64,000 nt of DNA from Patescibacteria group bacterium (GCA_041664365.1 JBAYKW010000004.1:11013-75012); one strand, 5' to 3'. Shown: positions 1 through 10,577, counted from the stretch's first letter. Notes: a model not told the origin generated them from the sequence alone. Translations and numbers: made by a program.

Positions 1-762
1 TGCCAGATTATAAATCATTCCGGTGAATATTTCCGGTTTGAGACTGGAACCACCGACTAGCACACCGTGGATATTTTCGTTATCCACAAAGTCATTAATA
101 TTTTTATCATCAACACTACCGCCGTAAAGAATTCTTATTTTCTCGTCAATTGTTTTTTGCGGATACATATCTTTCAAAGTGTATTTGATCAAACCAATCG
201 CGGAATGTGCTTCGTTCGGATCTATCGCTTCTCCCCTGCCGATTACCCACACTGGTTCATAGGCAATGATCAGCTGGTTAAAACGATCAATGCCTTTTAA
301 GGCGTTGGCAATTTCATTCATAATTACTATATCTCTTTTGCCGTCCTGGCGTTCCTCATATTTCTCACCTACACAGATGATAGGAACTAAACCGTATTGC
401 AAGGCCAGTTTCACTTTCTTATTGATTTCAACATCGGTTTCGCATAAATGGATACGTCTTTCGGAATGTCCTAAGATTACATAATGACATCCCATGTCTT
501 TCAACATACGCACCGATACCTCTCCGGTATAAGAACCATCCTCTTTCCAGAACATATTTTGTGATCCGAGTGATATACTGGTTTTGGCAATCACTCTCTG
601 CACTCGTTCCATAGCCGGAAATGACGGACAAATCCCGATCTCAACCGGAAGACCTTCCGGTGGCAGACCGGCTACAACTTTTTTAGCAATTGTTTCCGAC
701 TCATAGGGAGTCAGATTCATCTTCCAGTTACCGATTACGAAAGGAAAGTTTAGTCCAGGCAT
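1..762 (-). CDS. tpiA: Triosephosphate isomerase, 3' end runs off the window edge; absent from the ORF track for that reason
   Basis: Manual reverse translation gives MPGLNFPFVIGNWKMN..AYEPVWVIGRGE..YGGSV with no stops from 762 down to 1; classic TIM motifs. Confidence 0.9.
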   Translation of the reverse strand, partial: MPGLNFPFVIGNWKMNLTPYESETIAKKVVAGLPPEGLPVEIGICPSFPAMERVQRVIAKTSISLGSQNMFWKEDGSYTGEVSVRMLKDMGCHYVILGHSERRIHLCETDVEINKKVKLALQYGLVPIICVGEKYEERQDGKRDIVIMNEIANALKGIDRFNQLIIAYEPVWVIGRGEAIDPNEAHSAIGLIKYTLKDMYPQKTIDEKIRILYGGSVDDKNINDFVDNENIHGVLVGGSSLKPEIFTGMIYNLA

Positions 763-772
763 ATAATTGTAT

Positions 773-1267
773 TTAAATTATTGATTTAGCCCCCAAACTA
801 ATAAGCGTTACTATTACTCCGGCGATCATTACACCCAGTGTAATCGAAACTATTGATTTTTTAAAAGGAATGCCGAACAGGAATGCCGCAATTGCACCGG
901 TCCAGGCGCCGGTCGCCGGTAAAGGAATTGCAACGAATATTGCCAATGCCAACAATCCCCATTTTTCGTACTTTGCAGCAAATTTTTTCCGTGTTCGTAA
1001 AAATAACCAGTCGAAAAACTTTTTGAAAAATTTGGAGTGTGCGGATAGCCAGCGGGAAAATGGTTCCAATAGCCACAGAATAAATATTACTGGAAAAATA
1101 TTACCTGCAACGCTTAAAAAATAACTTTCTAATACCGGCAGATCATATACCCCGAGTGCAATCGGGATTGATGCGCGCAGTTCTGCAATCGGCAGCATAG
1201 CGATTAAAACCGTCGCCCATTCCGGTGAAATATTGTTGAATAATCCTGCGTAATCTATGTTCAGCAT
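773..1267 (-). CDS. Small integral membrane protein, putative small multidrug export (COG2426-like)
   Basis: 164 aa, 4-5 hydrophobic helices, Ala/Gly-rich TM segments; family assignment from memory only. Confidence 0.45.
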   Translation of the reverse strand: MLNIDYAGLFNNISPEWATVLIAMLPIAELRASIPIALGVYDLPVLESYFLSVAGNIFPVIFILWLLEPFSRWLSAHSKFFKKFFDWLFLRTRKKFAAKYEKWGLLALAIFVAIPLPATGAWTGAIAAFLFGIPFKKSIVSITLGVMIAGVIVTLISLGAKSII

Positions 1268-1291
1268 ACAATAATGGTTACCTTTTGTAAA

Positions 1292-2221
1292 TTAATTTTT
1301 CCACTCAAAGTTATCAAATGCCCAAGTCGTTAATGCTTTGACTTCCTCAAATCTGGTATCACTGGATTTGCTACCAAGTACCACGACAATCACTTCATTT
1401 CCATTCTCATTTTCGGCCTGTGCCACCATGCAGTATCCGGCATCATATGTGAATCCGGTTTTCGCACCGGTTATATTCAAATAACTGTCGAGTAAAACAT
1501 TCTGAGAAATTTGCTTATGAAATTCTCTATTATCAAGTGTTATAAAAGAATGCTCCCTGCGGGTCGTTGCATCGCTGATTTTTGCTTGAGAAAAAGCCAC
1601 CTTACCCAATTTAGCCAGATCAATTACTGTCGATATATTTTTTGAATCAAGACCCGTTGGCTCAACATATAGCGTGTTATTCATACCGAGACTTTCGGCT
1701 TTTTTATTCATCTCTGCAACAAACTCCTCCCCTGTTAAACCTGTTGCATGGACCAAGGCTTGAGTGGCGTTATTCGCTGATCCGACCAGAGTAGCATAAA
1801 AAAGATCCTCCAGGGTCATGTGATCATTACTTTTTACCTGCACCCGGGATCCTTCCAGACTGTTCTCGCCCACACCGATCTGGCCGATCTGATCAAAACC
1901 GGGATTGTTTTCCAGAAAAACAAGTGTAGTCATTAGTTTGGTAACGCTAGCAATTGAGTGTTGCTGGTCCGGTTCCTTTTGAAATAATATTTTACCGGTT
2001 GCTTTATCCATTACCAACGCAGAACTTGAAGTTAAAAAAATTCCTGAACTGTCGGAAACTTTTTCCGGCACAGAATCCGCGGACGCTACCGACTCCTGAA
2101 CTTTCATCTGAACAACATTGTTTCCATCTATAACAGATGACAACTCTCCGCTCGCACCCTGAATAATCGGTGGAAACAGCTGGCCGAAAAAAACAATTCC
2201 AATTATCAGATAGTAAACCAT
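1292..2221 (-). CDS. Serine-type D-alanyl-D-alanine carboxypeptidase (PBP5/DacA-like)
   Basis: N-terminal signal/TM segment; SIASVTKLMT contains the SxxK active-site motif; overall DacA-like. Confidence 0.7.
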   Translation of the reverse strand: MVYYLIIGIVFFGQLFPPIIQGASGELSSVIDGNNVVQMKVQESVASADSVPEKVSDSSGIFLTSSSALVMDKATGKILFQKEPDQQHSIASVTKLMTTLVFLENNPGFDQIGQIGVGENSLEGSRVQVKSNDHMTLEDLFYATLVGSANNATQALVHATGLTGEEFVAEMNKKAESLGMNNTLYVEPTGLDSKNISTVIDLAKLGKVAFSQAKISDATTRREHSFITLDNREFHKQISQNVLLDSYLNITGAKTGFTYDAGYCMVAQAENENGNEVIVVVLGSKSSDTRFEEVKALTTWAFDNFEWKN

Positions 2222-2223
2222 AC

Positions 2224-2802
2224 TTATATTTGTTCTTCCTTCGCTTTTTCAACACTATCTTCTTCCCCGTCTTCATGTAAAAGGGCTTCCAGATTGTTAT
2301 CACTATTTAACTTTTCATAGTCCGGTAATTCCTTTACATCATTTATCCCAAGAAATCTCATGAAATCAAAAGTAATCCGATAATAGGTTAATTTGTTTAA
2401 ATTATTTTCCTCACCTTCAATCAAACCCTTAATCAGCAGGTTACGTAAGATAAGACTGCAATTAACCCCCCTAATCATTTCCAGCTCACCCTTTGTTACC
2501 GGCGCCCGGTAAGCAATAATGGTTAGCGTCTCAAGCGACGGTTTGGTCAGTTCGCCAGTCTGTTCGTCTTTCAAGTATTCCCGTACAACATTGGCGTTAT
2601 CGGGACTGGATACCAACTCAAATTTACTGCCGTCACGCATCAGGGCAATCCCCAGTTTCTCGCCGTTATACTTTTCCATCAGTTCCTGCAGAGCATCCTC
2701 AACCTCCTTTTTCTCTTTTTTTACAATCTCCGCCAGCTTGTTGGCAGTAAGCGGTTTGTTTGCGATGAATAATAGGCTTTCAATTTCCGAAGATAATGAC
2801 AT
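2224..2802 (-). CDS. scpB: Segregation and condensation protein B
   Basis: N-terminal IESLLFIANKPL..ANKLAEIV winged-helix ScpB signature; sits immediately downstream of scpA. Confidence 0.8.
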   Translation of the reverse strand: MSLSSEIESLLFIANKPLTANKLAEIVKKEKKEVEDALQELMEKYNGEKLGIALMRDGSKFELVSSPDNANVVREYLKDEQTGELTKPSLETLTIIAYRAPVTKGELEMIRGVNCSLILRNLLIKGLIEGEENNLNKLTYYRITFDFMRFLGINDVKELPDYEKLNSDNNLEALLHEDGEEDSVEKAKEEQI

Positions 2803-2820
2803 TCTATATAATATTAATAT

Positions 2821-3537
2821 TTATATGTCTTCTAAATTATTATTTTGTTCAATATATATTTCTTCAAACACACTTTCCTGCATAACCACCACTGAACGCT
2901 GTTTCACCAGTTCTAAAAGGGCAAGGAAAGTAACGATTACTTCTGTTTTATTTTTCGATTGGGTCAATAGATTTTTAAAACTTAATCTGGCTTCCGTTGA
3001 GATCGCTGTTTTAATCTGAGATATTTTTTCCTGGATGGAAACAGTTCTTTTAATCATCTCCTGCGGCAGTTTCACAATCGGCTCAATTCTTTCCAGCACT
3101 TCTTGGAAATAATCGCGCAGATCTTTTGCACAAATTCCTTGGGGAGGATTAAAAATCGGCTCAACCGTACGGACACGGGAAGACTCTCTGAAATATGAGA
3201 ATTTTTTTCTGCCGATCATTTTCTGGATATGTTTTGAAGCATCATAATATATCCGATATATTTTCAGTTGTTTTTCCAGATCACCGGCTTCTTCTTCACC
3301 GTCTAATTGCAGTGACGGCAATAATAATTTTGATTTGATCAGTAATAACTTAGCAGCCACTACTAAAAAATCAGCCAGATCACCGGGTGGCAGATCCTGT
3401 ACTTGCTCAATATATGCCAGATATTGTTCCGCAATATTAGCCAGTGATACTTCCGTTATATCCAGCTCTTCTTTTTCAATCAACTGCAATAATAATGGCA
3501 GTGGACCCTGGAATTGTTCTAACTCTATTTTATACAT
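2821..3537 (-). CDS. scpA: Segregation and condensation protein A
   Basis: LEQFQGPLPLLLQLIEKEELDITEVSLANIAEQYL is typical of the ScpA kleisin N-terminus. Confidence 0.8.
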   Translation of the reverse strand: MYKIELEQFQGPLPLLLQLIEKEELDITEVSLANIAEQYLAYIEQVQDLPPGDLADFLVVAAKLLLIKSKLLLPSLQLDGEEEAGDLEKQLKIYRIYYDASKHIQKMIGRKKFSYFRESSRVRTVEPIFNPPQGICAKDLRDYFQEVLERIEPIVKLPQEMIKRTVSIQEKISQIKTAISTEARLSFKNLLTQSKNKTEVIVTFLALLELVKQRSVVVMQESVFEEIYIEQNNNLEDI

Positions 3538-3588
3538 TTATGAATTTACTAAATAAAAAACGCTGCTTGCGATTCTGTTTTCTGTGAA

Positions 3589-4161
3589 TCATTTTTTCTT
3601 TTTGGTTTTTCCTTTTTTTGAATTTTTCTTTGCTACCCTCTTCTTGGCTTTCTTTTTATTTTTTGACTGTTTCGGTTTTACAATCACATCGGACATGAAC
3701 TTTTTGGCGAATACGCCCTGAATCGGATCTACAATTTTTATATAATCCTTTACCTTCATTGCAATCGACTCCTTAAAAGAACCGGAGCCGAGCAGAACCC
3801 TGATTGATTTGTTCAGCGATTTATCCATTACAACTTTTGTTTTATGGATAAAGCCAAACGGAGTGATTGCCCCCGGTTTTACCTTGAATATTTTCTGCAT
3901 CACATTCTCTTTGGCAATGGAAATCTTTTTGGCATTCAGTATTTTTTTCAGTTTGGCGAGATCCAGACGGTAATGCGCCGGCAGAACAACCAGGTAATAT
4001 TCTTTATCAGTTTTAACCAGTAGTGTCTTGGCAATTTCACTTAATTTCAGCTTCAGAGTATTGGCCAAATCAAAAGCGGTATAAACTTTTTTATGTTCTA
4101 CAATTTCGTAATTTATTTTATCCTGATCGAGATACCCCAGCAGTTTTTTTGGAATTGGCAT
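3589..4161 (-). CDS. YbaK/ProX-like aminoacyl-tRNA deacylase domain protein with a poly-Lys C-terminal tail
   Basis: YbaK-like core (..LPAHYRLDLAKLKKILNAKKISIA..GAITPFGF..); last about 35 aa are almost all K. Confidence 0.5.
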   Translation of the reverse strand: MPIPKKLLGYLDQDKINYEIVEHKKVYTAFDLANTLKLKLSEIAKTLLVKTDKEYYLVVLPAHYRLDLAKLKKILNAKKISIAKENVMQKIFKVKPGAITPFGFIHKTKVVMDKSLNKSIRVLLGSGSFKESIAMKVKDYIKIVDPIQGVFAKKFMSDVIVKPKQSKNKKKAKKRVAKKNSKKGKTKKKK

Positions 4162-4176
4162 ATTTTTTGGTTATTA

Positions 4177-4488
4177 TTATTTTTGATCTTCCACCAGATT
4201 AATATCAATTACAATCCCCTTTTGATGTTCAGCAATCCAGTTATAGATAAAAGCAATAACAAATCCGGAAATCATTCCCATTACATAGGACATTAGGATT
4301 AGTCCTAGGATCCCCCCAATTCCTAAAAGTATCCATGAAGATCCTGCGTCCATATAACCGAATCCGCCGGAGAAAAGAATCATCATACCGGTATATGGCA
4401 GGCTGATTACAATCGAAAGAGCGACTGTGATCAAGCTCGTCATCCTGGCCAGCGACCAGGGATTAATTTTTGATACTTCGTATTTCAT
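4177..4488 (-). CDS. Hypothetical small membrane protein
   Basis: 103 aa, three predicted TM helices; no recognisable motif. Confidence 0.4.
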   Translation of the reverse strand: MKYEVSKINPWSLARMTSLITVALSIVISLPYTGMMILFSGGFGYMDAGSSWILLGIGGILGLILMSYVMGMISGFVIAFIYNWIAEHQKGIVIDINLVEDQK

Positions 4489-4499
4489 AAGGAATCAGA

Positions 4500-5093
4500 T
4501 TATAAATTATTCTTGTTAACTACCTTCTTCTGCATAAATACAGTAAGGGCGGTAAATATTACGGCCAGAATTGCAAGAATAATATAGATGGCACCATTCG
4601 GGAATTGGTAGCTGATGACAACCATGATTTCGATTAATAAATGAAACAGCATCCAGAACGCAAATACCATATATCCGTATGTCACTACGAACCAGTTTGG
4701 TTGTCTTTTTTTCACGTTGAACATGTAGTACATCAGGAAGGTAAGTAGAAATATTGGTATGATGAATGCGGAGTGTATTAGTAACTTATACATAATGTAG
4801 TCCGCTTTTTGAGTTGTCGGATAATAAATTCTCGCCTGAGAAAGTCCGGATTTTTCATAAGATAGCCCAGCACTGTAGTAATTTGATCCACTGGAACTAT
4901 TGGAATATTCAGAAACAATCGGGTTAGCAGCTTTGTTTAAATCAAATATTATCCTTTCGCCAAGCAAAATGATTACTATTGCCATGATAATTGTAAATAC
5001 CACTCCTAACGCTGAAACTGATTTTTGTTTTTTTTGCTTACCATTTACCGCCTTCGGTTGGGCAGTTTCTTTTAGTATGTCTTTTTGAGCCAT
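4500..5093 (-). CDS. Hypothetical membrane protein
   Basis: 197 aa with an N-terminal TM and 3-4 C-terminal TM segments. Confidence 0.4.
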   Translation of the reverse strand: MAQKDILKETAQPKAVNGKQKKQKSVSALGVVFTIIMAIVIILLGERIIFDLNKAANPIVSEYSNSSSGSNYYSAGLSYEKSGLSQARIYYPTTQKADYIMYKLLIHSAFIIPIFLLTFLMYYMFNVKKRQPNWFVVTYGYMVFAFWMLFHLLIEIMVVISYQFPNGAIYIILAILAVIFTALTVFMQKKVVNKNNL

Positions 5094-5114
5094 ATATTTC
5101 TAACTAATTATTAG

Positions 5115-6860
5115 TTATTTTTTATCTTTTGACTGATGATTTAATAAAAATAAAATTGCAAAAGTCAGGATTACACCAAATGAAATTACAATATAAAAGA
5201 TTAATTTATTGCCGTCATCCTCTGTGCCCGGTGCGTTGACTGGAGTATTGTTTTCAGCATCCCTTAAAAATAGGTCCTCAGTCATTTCGCTATAAGCCAT
5301 GGACCTGCTCATCTTTGTCAAAAAATATTTTCCTTCCGCCGGTTTAATCCAAGGATTGCCCTGATCATTTACTGCTAACTGCTCAATTTCAGATTTTTTT
5401 ATCCAGCCGGCATACTCTGTTGTAAAGTTAGACAACTCCTTCTTATTTTTATCAAAGACATACAGGACAATAGATGCCGTATTACTATAATACGGTCTAA
5501 TTTGTGAAATATTTGAACTGACATATACCAGTTCATTCCCGGATACCTCCTCTAATAATGACGAGTTAAAGTGAGCGAGAAAAACCATATCATTATTTAA
5601 CACTAGTGCTTCACCTAGATTAACCTTATTATAATCATCCTTTATTGCATCAGCAGAACGGACAGCATCATAAATTACATATTCATCTACTGTAGCATTA
5701 ATAGAACGACTGTCATATGCACCCGAACCGATATAAAGAGTGTCATTTACATATGGACTGCTATCAATCAAGTCCTGACTTACAGCAGTAAGTGGCACAT
5801 AAGTTCCATTAAGGTAAAAGGAAGGGGTAGCACCTTTTTCCCAAGATAATGCCACCTGTTGCCAGTTGTTTAGATCTAATTCAAAATCAGCAGATGTCCA
5901 TAAATTTGTTTCATTCGTAACATCATTATGTGTTGTTAGGGTATAAGAATAATTATCTGCCGAATTTGCGGGATTTAAATCTAAACGAAAAGGCAAGGCC
6001 CCATCATCATTACTCCTGACAGTCGCAATATTGGCTATTTTATATTCTCCCGCCGTCCAATTAGGCTTAAACCAAGTTTCAATAGTGCCGGCCTCACTCT
6101 TAATTGCATTTTCCGCCGGTATAGTTAGCTTATCATTATTACCAATCCTGATTCCTTTATCAACCTTTCCTGAAGGATATTTATTGCCGATGCTATTTTC
6201 TAAAGATCCGGTTACGGAAGATATCTTCATCGGATAAACCAAGTTCTCTGTTTCAAAAGAAATAGCAACTGGTACGGCATGACCCGTTTTTAATTGCTGT
6301 GAAACGCTGTCCCAAGCTAAACTCTCCGTATTGATTTTCATCGCTACAAAAAACCATCCGTTTTCAATATAGCTGTTTAGTATGAAGCTTGCAGCTTCCG
6401 GATAAGAATAACCATTATCATTTAGCCACGTGGTTAGCGCATCTTTATCAGTTGCAGAAAGCGTCGTTACTTCATAATATTCAATCTGTTTTGTTTCTAT
6501 TACCGTAACTGAATTCTGTTCAGTACCGCTTAATGGCATAACATCATAAACCATATTGTCTTCTAATCTGTAGTTGATTCTGGTCAATTCCTCCAGAGAA
6601 GTAAACAATTCGTCGGACCCTTTGGCAATAGTCGGTTTTGCAGGAGTCGGTATCACCCAGCCGAATTTTTCCGCGTCACCCTGAAAAGTAATCGAAACTA
6701 CCATTGTCTCCACCCCGCCGTCATAAAAAATAACCGCTTTCTGGGCAGTTTCCTGTACCCAATAATCGGGCGGCGGCATGATCATTCCGTCTGCCATTGT
6801 TATTTGAGGTAAGAGCAAAGACATTAGAGCTATCGTATATATTATTTTTTTTGGTGACAT
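5115..6860 (-). CDS. Hypothetical exported protein with a C-terminal TM anchor and a LamG/concanavalin-like region
   Basis: Signal peptide MSPKKIIYTIALMSLLLPQITMA, C-terminal hydrophobic anchor, internal ..WQQVALSWEKGATPSFYLNG.. lectin-like stretch. Confidence 0.4.
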   Translation of the reverse strand: MSPKKIIYTIALMSLLLPQITMADGMIMPPPDYWVQETAQKAVIFYDGGVETMVVSITFQGDAEKFGWVIPTPAKPTIAKGSDELFTSLEELTRINYRLEDNMVYDVMPLSGTEQNSVTVIETKQIEYYEVTTLSATDKDALTTWLNDNGYSYPEAASFILNSYIENGWFFVAMKINTESLAWDSVSQQLKTGHAVPVAISFETENLVYPMKISSVTGSLENSIGNKYPSGKVDKGIRIGNNDKLTIPAENAIKSEAGTIETWFKPNWTAGEYKIANIATVRSNDDGALPFRLDLNPANSADNYSYTLTTHNDVTNETNLWTSADFELDLNNWQQVALSWEKGATPSFYLNGTYVPLTAVSQDLIDSSPYVNDTLYIGSGAYDSRSINATVDEYVIYDAVRSADAIKDDYNKVNLGEALVLNNDMVFLAHFNSSLLEEVSGNELVYVSSNISQIRPYYSNTASIVLYVFDKNKKELSNFTTEYAGWIKKSEIEQLAVNDQGNPWIKPAEGKYFLTKMSRSMAYSEMTEDLFLRDAENNTPVNAPGTEDDGNKLIFYIVISFGVILTFAILFLLNHQSKDKK

Positions 6861-6874
6861 TTTTTTATAGTAAA

Positions 6875-7180
6875 TTATTTACTTTTATTGAATGGTAACA
6901 ATTGTTGCTCACCCAAAAGCTTCATTGTTTCCTTCCGGCCTTTTCTGGTCAACTGCACTTCTTCAATAAACCACTTCTTTGGCGTCCTTCGTCCATACCC
7001 GATCATTAAACCTTTATCTATCAGACGCTCTATGCTTTTTGTAATAATCCCCTGCTGATCAGCAGACTTCGGAGCATTTTTTTTCTTTTCATAAAACTTC
7101 AAGAGCTGCTTTCGTTTACTTCTTCCCTTACTTTGTAAAAGATTAAGCAGAATATACTTTTGGAGCTGCGATACTCTCAT
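6875..7180 (-). CDS. Small basic protein, possible winged-helix DNA-binding
   Basis: 101 aa, Lys/Arg-rich; no confident motif. Confidence 0.3.
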   Translation of the reverse strand: MRVSQLQKYILLNLLQSKGRSKRKQLLKFYEKKKNAPKSADQQGIITKSIERLIDKGLMIGYGRRTPKKWFIEEVQLTRKGRKETMKLLGEQQLLPFNKSK

Positions 7181-7183
7181 TGA

Positions 7184-8584
7184 TCACTTTTTTAAATTCA
7201 ATTTAATATGCAGATCATCCAACTGCTGTTCGCTGACCGCTGATGGCGAATTCATGAGCAGATCGCGGTTGTCGCCCGTCTTCGGAAATGCCACAACCTC
7301 TCGGACATTGGTTCGGTTAAGCAATATCATTAACAGCCGGTCAATTCCCGGCGCGATTCCGCCATGTGGCGGAACGCCGTATTGAAAAGCTTCCAGCAAG
7401 TGCCCGAATTGTTCGTGTGCCTCTTCTTTGGAAATACCAACTAATTCCAAAATCTTTTCCTGTATTTTATGATCATAAATCCTTAAACTGCCCCCACCGA
7501 CTTCATATCCGTTTAACACTAAGTCATGCTGCCAAGAACGGGCCTTGAGCGGTTCATATTCCAGTAACGGCAAATCCTCAGTGCGCGGAGCGGTAAAGAT
7601 ATGATGAAACGGCACATGCTTTCCGTCTTTCAGTTCCGGTTCAAAATATGGCCAGTCAACGATAAAGCAAAATGCCAGCTCGTTCGGATCATTTTTATTC
7701 ATCCGGATATCCGGTTTATCATTTCCATATTTTTCCATCGCTTCCTGATACGTGATACGGGGCCATGGAGAAAAGGTAATCTTTTTTTCCGGAAATAATT
7801 CCGTAACCAGCTTAGTGAACATTCTTTCCGTCAGATTCAGTATCTCATCCTGGCTCATAAATGACATTTCCATATCCAACTGATAGAACTGGTCCGGTGC
7901 ACGGTCAGAACGGGAATCTTCATCTCTAAAACACGGTGCAATCTGAAAATATTTTTCAAATCCAGCCACCATTAACAGCTGTTTATACTGCTGTGGTGAT
8001 TGTGGCAGGGCATAAAATTTACCCGGGTATACTCGGGAAGGAACCAGATAATCCCTTGCACCTTCAGGAGTAGATTTACCCATAATCGGTGTCTCTATTT
8101 CAATAAACCCTTCCGTATGTAAAAAATCCCTGATGTACTTATTAAATTTGGAGCGCATAATTACCATCTTTTTATTTGAATCTCTGCGCAGATCCAAGTA
8201 CCGGTATTTATAACGAATCTCTTCCGCCACTTCTTCTTTATCATTTTCCACTATTTCAAATGGAGGAGTCTTAGACTCGGTAAGAATGTTTAATTCCAGC
8301 GCTTCTATTTCAACATTACCGGTCGCCATGTTTTTGTTGACCAGTTTCTCCGGGCGTTCATTAACCTGCCCGATAATTTCCACCACAAATTCCGGTCGAA
8401 GTTCCTTCGCTTTGTTTACCAATTCTTCATTGCCCGGTAGAAAAACCACCTGCACGATTCCCGATACGTCGCGCAAATCTACAAAGACCATTTTACCCAT
8501 TCGGCGCGCAGACTGAACCCAACCGTTAAGTTTTACTTTCTTGCTGATATGACCGGCGGTTTCAGTAATTAAAATGCGTTTCAT
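7184..8584 (-). CDS. aspS: Aspartyl-tRNA synthetase, short form without the GAD insertion
   Basis: Class II motifs: QSPQQYKQLLMVAGFEKYFQIAPCFRDEDSRSDRAPDQFYQLDME and GGGSLRI..GIAPGIDRL; N-terminal OB fold. Confidence 0.85.
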   Translation of the reverse strand: MKRILITETAGHISKKVKLNGWVQSARRMGKMVFVDLRDVSGIVQVVFLPGNEELVNKAKELRPEFVVEIIGQVNERPEKLVNKNMATGNVEIEALELNILTESKTPPFEIVENDKEEVAEEIRYKYRYLDLRRDSNKKMVIMRSKFNKYIRDFLHTEGFIEIETPIMGKSTPEGARDYLVPSRVYPGKFYALPQSPQQYKQLLMVAGFEKYFQIAPCFRDEDSRSDRAPDQFYQLDMEMSFMSQDEILNLTERMFTKLVTELFPEKKITFSPWPRITYQEAMEKYGNDKPDIRMNKNDPNELAFCFIVDWPYFEPELKDGKHVPFHHIFTAPRTEDLPLLEYEPLKARSWQHDLVLNGYEVGGGSLRIYDHKIQEKILELVGISKEEAHEQFGHLLEAFQYGVPPHGGIAPGIDRLLMILLNRTNVREVVAFPKTGDNRDLLMNSPSAVSEQQLDDLHIKLNLKK

Positions 8585-8587
8585 TTT

Positions 8588-9880
8588 TTATGGTTTAAGT
8601 CTGTTTAATAACCTCGGGAAAGGAATGGTCTCACGGACATGGTCCAGCCCGCAGATCCAGGCAACGGTCCGCTCCAAACCAATGCCAAAACCGGCATGCG
8701 GTACAGAACCATAGCGGCGCAGATCTACATACCATTCAAAATCTTTTTGAGACAGTTTATGTTCTTTAATCCTTTGTTCCAATAATTTAAGATCCCAGAT
8801 TCTTTCCGAACCGCCGATAATCTCACCATACCCTTCCGGAGCCAGCATGTCGTCACATAGCACAACATCCGGATCTTCCGGATCCGGTTGCATATAAAAT
8901 GCTTTGATCTTGGTCGGATAATGGGTGACAAAAACCGGCGTATCGAATTGTTTCATCAGCATTGTTTCATCATCCGCTCCCAGATCCTCCCCCGCTTTAA
9001 TATCTGAACCCAATTCATGAAGTTTCTTCACCACGTCCGAATAACGCATCCGAGGGAAAGGCGCTTTAACTTTTTCCAGAAATTTTATATCCCTTTCTAA
9101 AAGTGCTAATTCAGTTTTCATCGATTTAAGAATATTGGATACCACGTAAGAAACTAGTTTTTCCTGTACTTTCAAATTTTCTTCGTGTTGCATGAAAGCA
9201 GCCTCGGCATCCAGCATCCAGAATTCCATCATATGCCTGCGGGTTTTGGATTTTTCCGCGCGGAATGTCGGACCAAAATCATAAACCTTGCCCAGCGACA
9301 TAGCCATCGCTTCCAAATACAGCTGGCCGGATTGGGAAAGATAAGCCGTCTCTTCAAAATACTGGGTTGAGAAAAGTGTAGTGGTTCCTTCACATGCTGT
9401 TGGAGTCAGTATCGGGCTGTCGGTCAGAGTAAATCCTTCATTTCTGAAAAATTCCCGCATCAGCCAGATTATTTCATTACGTACTTTCATGATTGCCACT
9501 TGCCTTTCGGATCGCAGCCACAAATGACGGTTATCCAGAAGAAAATCAACCCCGTGTTCTTTCTTGGAAATTGGATATTCTAAAGCCACTTGCAGTATTT
9601 TAATGTCTTTCACCTGCATCTCGTACCCGTATGGTGAACGTTTATCTTCATTGACCACCCCGGTTACTGTTACGCTGGATTCCATGGTTATTTTTTCGCA
9701 GACTTCCCATACTTCTTCCGAAACCTCATTTTTGCTGATAACCGCCTGGATTCTCCCCGTTCCGTCCCTCAGCTGTAGGAAGAATATCTTGCCGGAAGAG
9801 CGGAAATTAAAAACCCAGGACTGTAATTGTACATCCTGACCCAAGTTCTTTGAAACTTCTGATATGCTGATTTTTTCCAT
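8588..9880 (-). CDS. asnS: Asparaginyl-tRNA synthetase
   Basis: 430 aa class IIb; C-terminus [27 protein letters not shown] matches the AsnRS end. Confidence 0.8.
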   Translation of the reverse strand: MEKISISEVSKNLGQDVQLQSWVFNFRSSGKIFFLQLRDGTGRIQAVISKNEVSEEVWEVCEKITMESSVTVTGVVNEDKRSPYGYEMQVKDIKILQVALEYPISKKEHGVDFLLDNRHLWLRSERQVAIMKVRNEIIWLMREFFRNEGFTLTDSPILTPTACEGTTTLFSTQYFEETAYLSQSGQLYLEAMAMSLGKVYDFGPTFRAEKSKTRRHMMEFWMLDAEAAFMQHEENLKVQEKLVSYVVSNILKSMKTELALLERDIKFLEKVKAPFPRMRYSDVVKKLHELGSDIKAGEDLGADDETMLMKQFDTPVFVTHYPTKIKAFYMQPDPEDPDVVLCDDMLAPEGYGEIIGGSERIWDLKLLEQRIKEHKLSQKDFEWYVDLRRYGSVPHAGFGIGLERTVAWICGLDHVRETIPFPRLLNRLKP

Positions 9881-9978
9881 AATTCAGTCCCTACTATAGC
9901 ATTTTTATTGCACAATTGCAAACATATAGTAATAAAATACGGGGCATATAACCCCGTATCCATAAAACAGCATAATAT

Positions 9979-10560
9979 CTATTGTTTTTTCCTTTTCAAC
10001 ATCCAATTACCGACCAGAACAACCAATAATGGACCCAATGTATCATAGGCCAAATCTGAAGATGTATCATACCGCGCGCCAACCCTCTGCATTTCAAACA
10101 TTAAATCACCATAAAATTCTGTTAATTCATATAATACTGTAACCAACACTGCTACCGATAAAACATAAGCTGAAAAATGGAAATTTGAAAGATTGATGTG
10201 TCCCCTTTTTTTCAGAATAAGAAAAATATTATAGACTATCACCGCTACCGACAATGACCCGGAAAAATGCGCCAAATCATCCCACCAGGAATATTTAGTA
10301 TATAAATACATAAAATTACCGATAGCGTCTAACCATACGCTTAATGCAATTACAAATATCACAAACCAAGGCAGAGAGACTTGAAATTTTTTCTTAACAT
10401 AACTATCAGCAACTACGAATGCCCCTCCGGCGAATATCGCGGTAAGCGCTAAGGCAATTCTTCGATCAAAAGCATCATAATTAACAATCAGCTCAATGCC
10501 GACCAGAACGATGAAGCTAAGTAACAAAATATTTACTAATATTTTATTTTTTTCATTCAT
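9979..10560 (-). CDS. Hypothetical polytopic membrane protein
   Basis: 193 aa, 5-6 hydrophobic helices. Confidence 0.4.
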   Translation of the reverse strand: MNEKNKILVNILLLSFIVLVGIELIVNYDAFDRRIALALTAIFAGGAFVVADSYVKKKFQVSLPWFVIFVIALSVWLDAIGNFMYLYTKYSWWDDLAHFSGSLSVAVIVYNIFLILKKRGHINLSNFHFSAYVLSVAVLVTVLYELTEFYGDLMFEMQRVGARYDTSSDLAYDTLGPLLVVLVGNWMLKRKKQ

Positions 10561-10577
10561 AAATTTATTTGATTTGG

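Noticed and set aside
266-631. Short ORFs at 67-300 +, 266-484 + and 428-631 -
   Set aside because: All lie inside or antisense to the confidently identified tpiA reading frame
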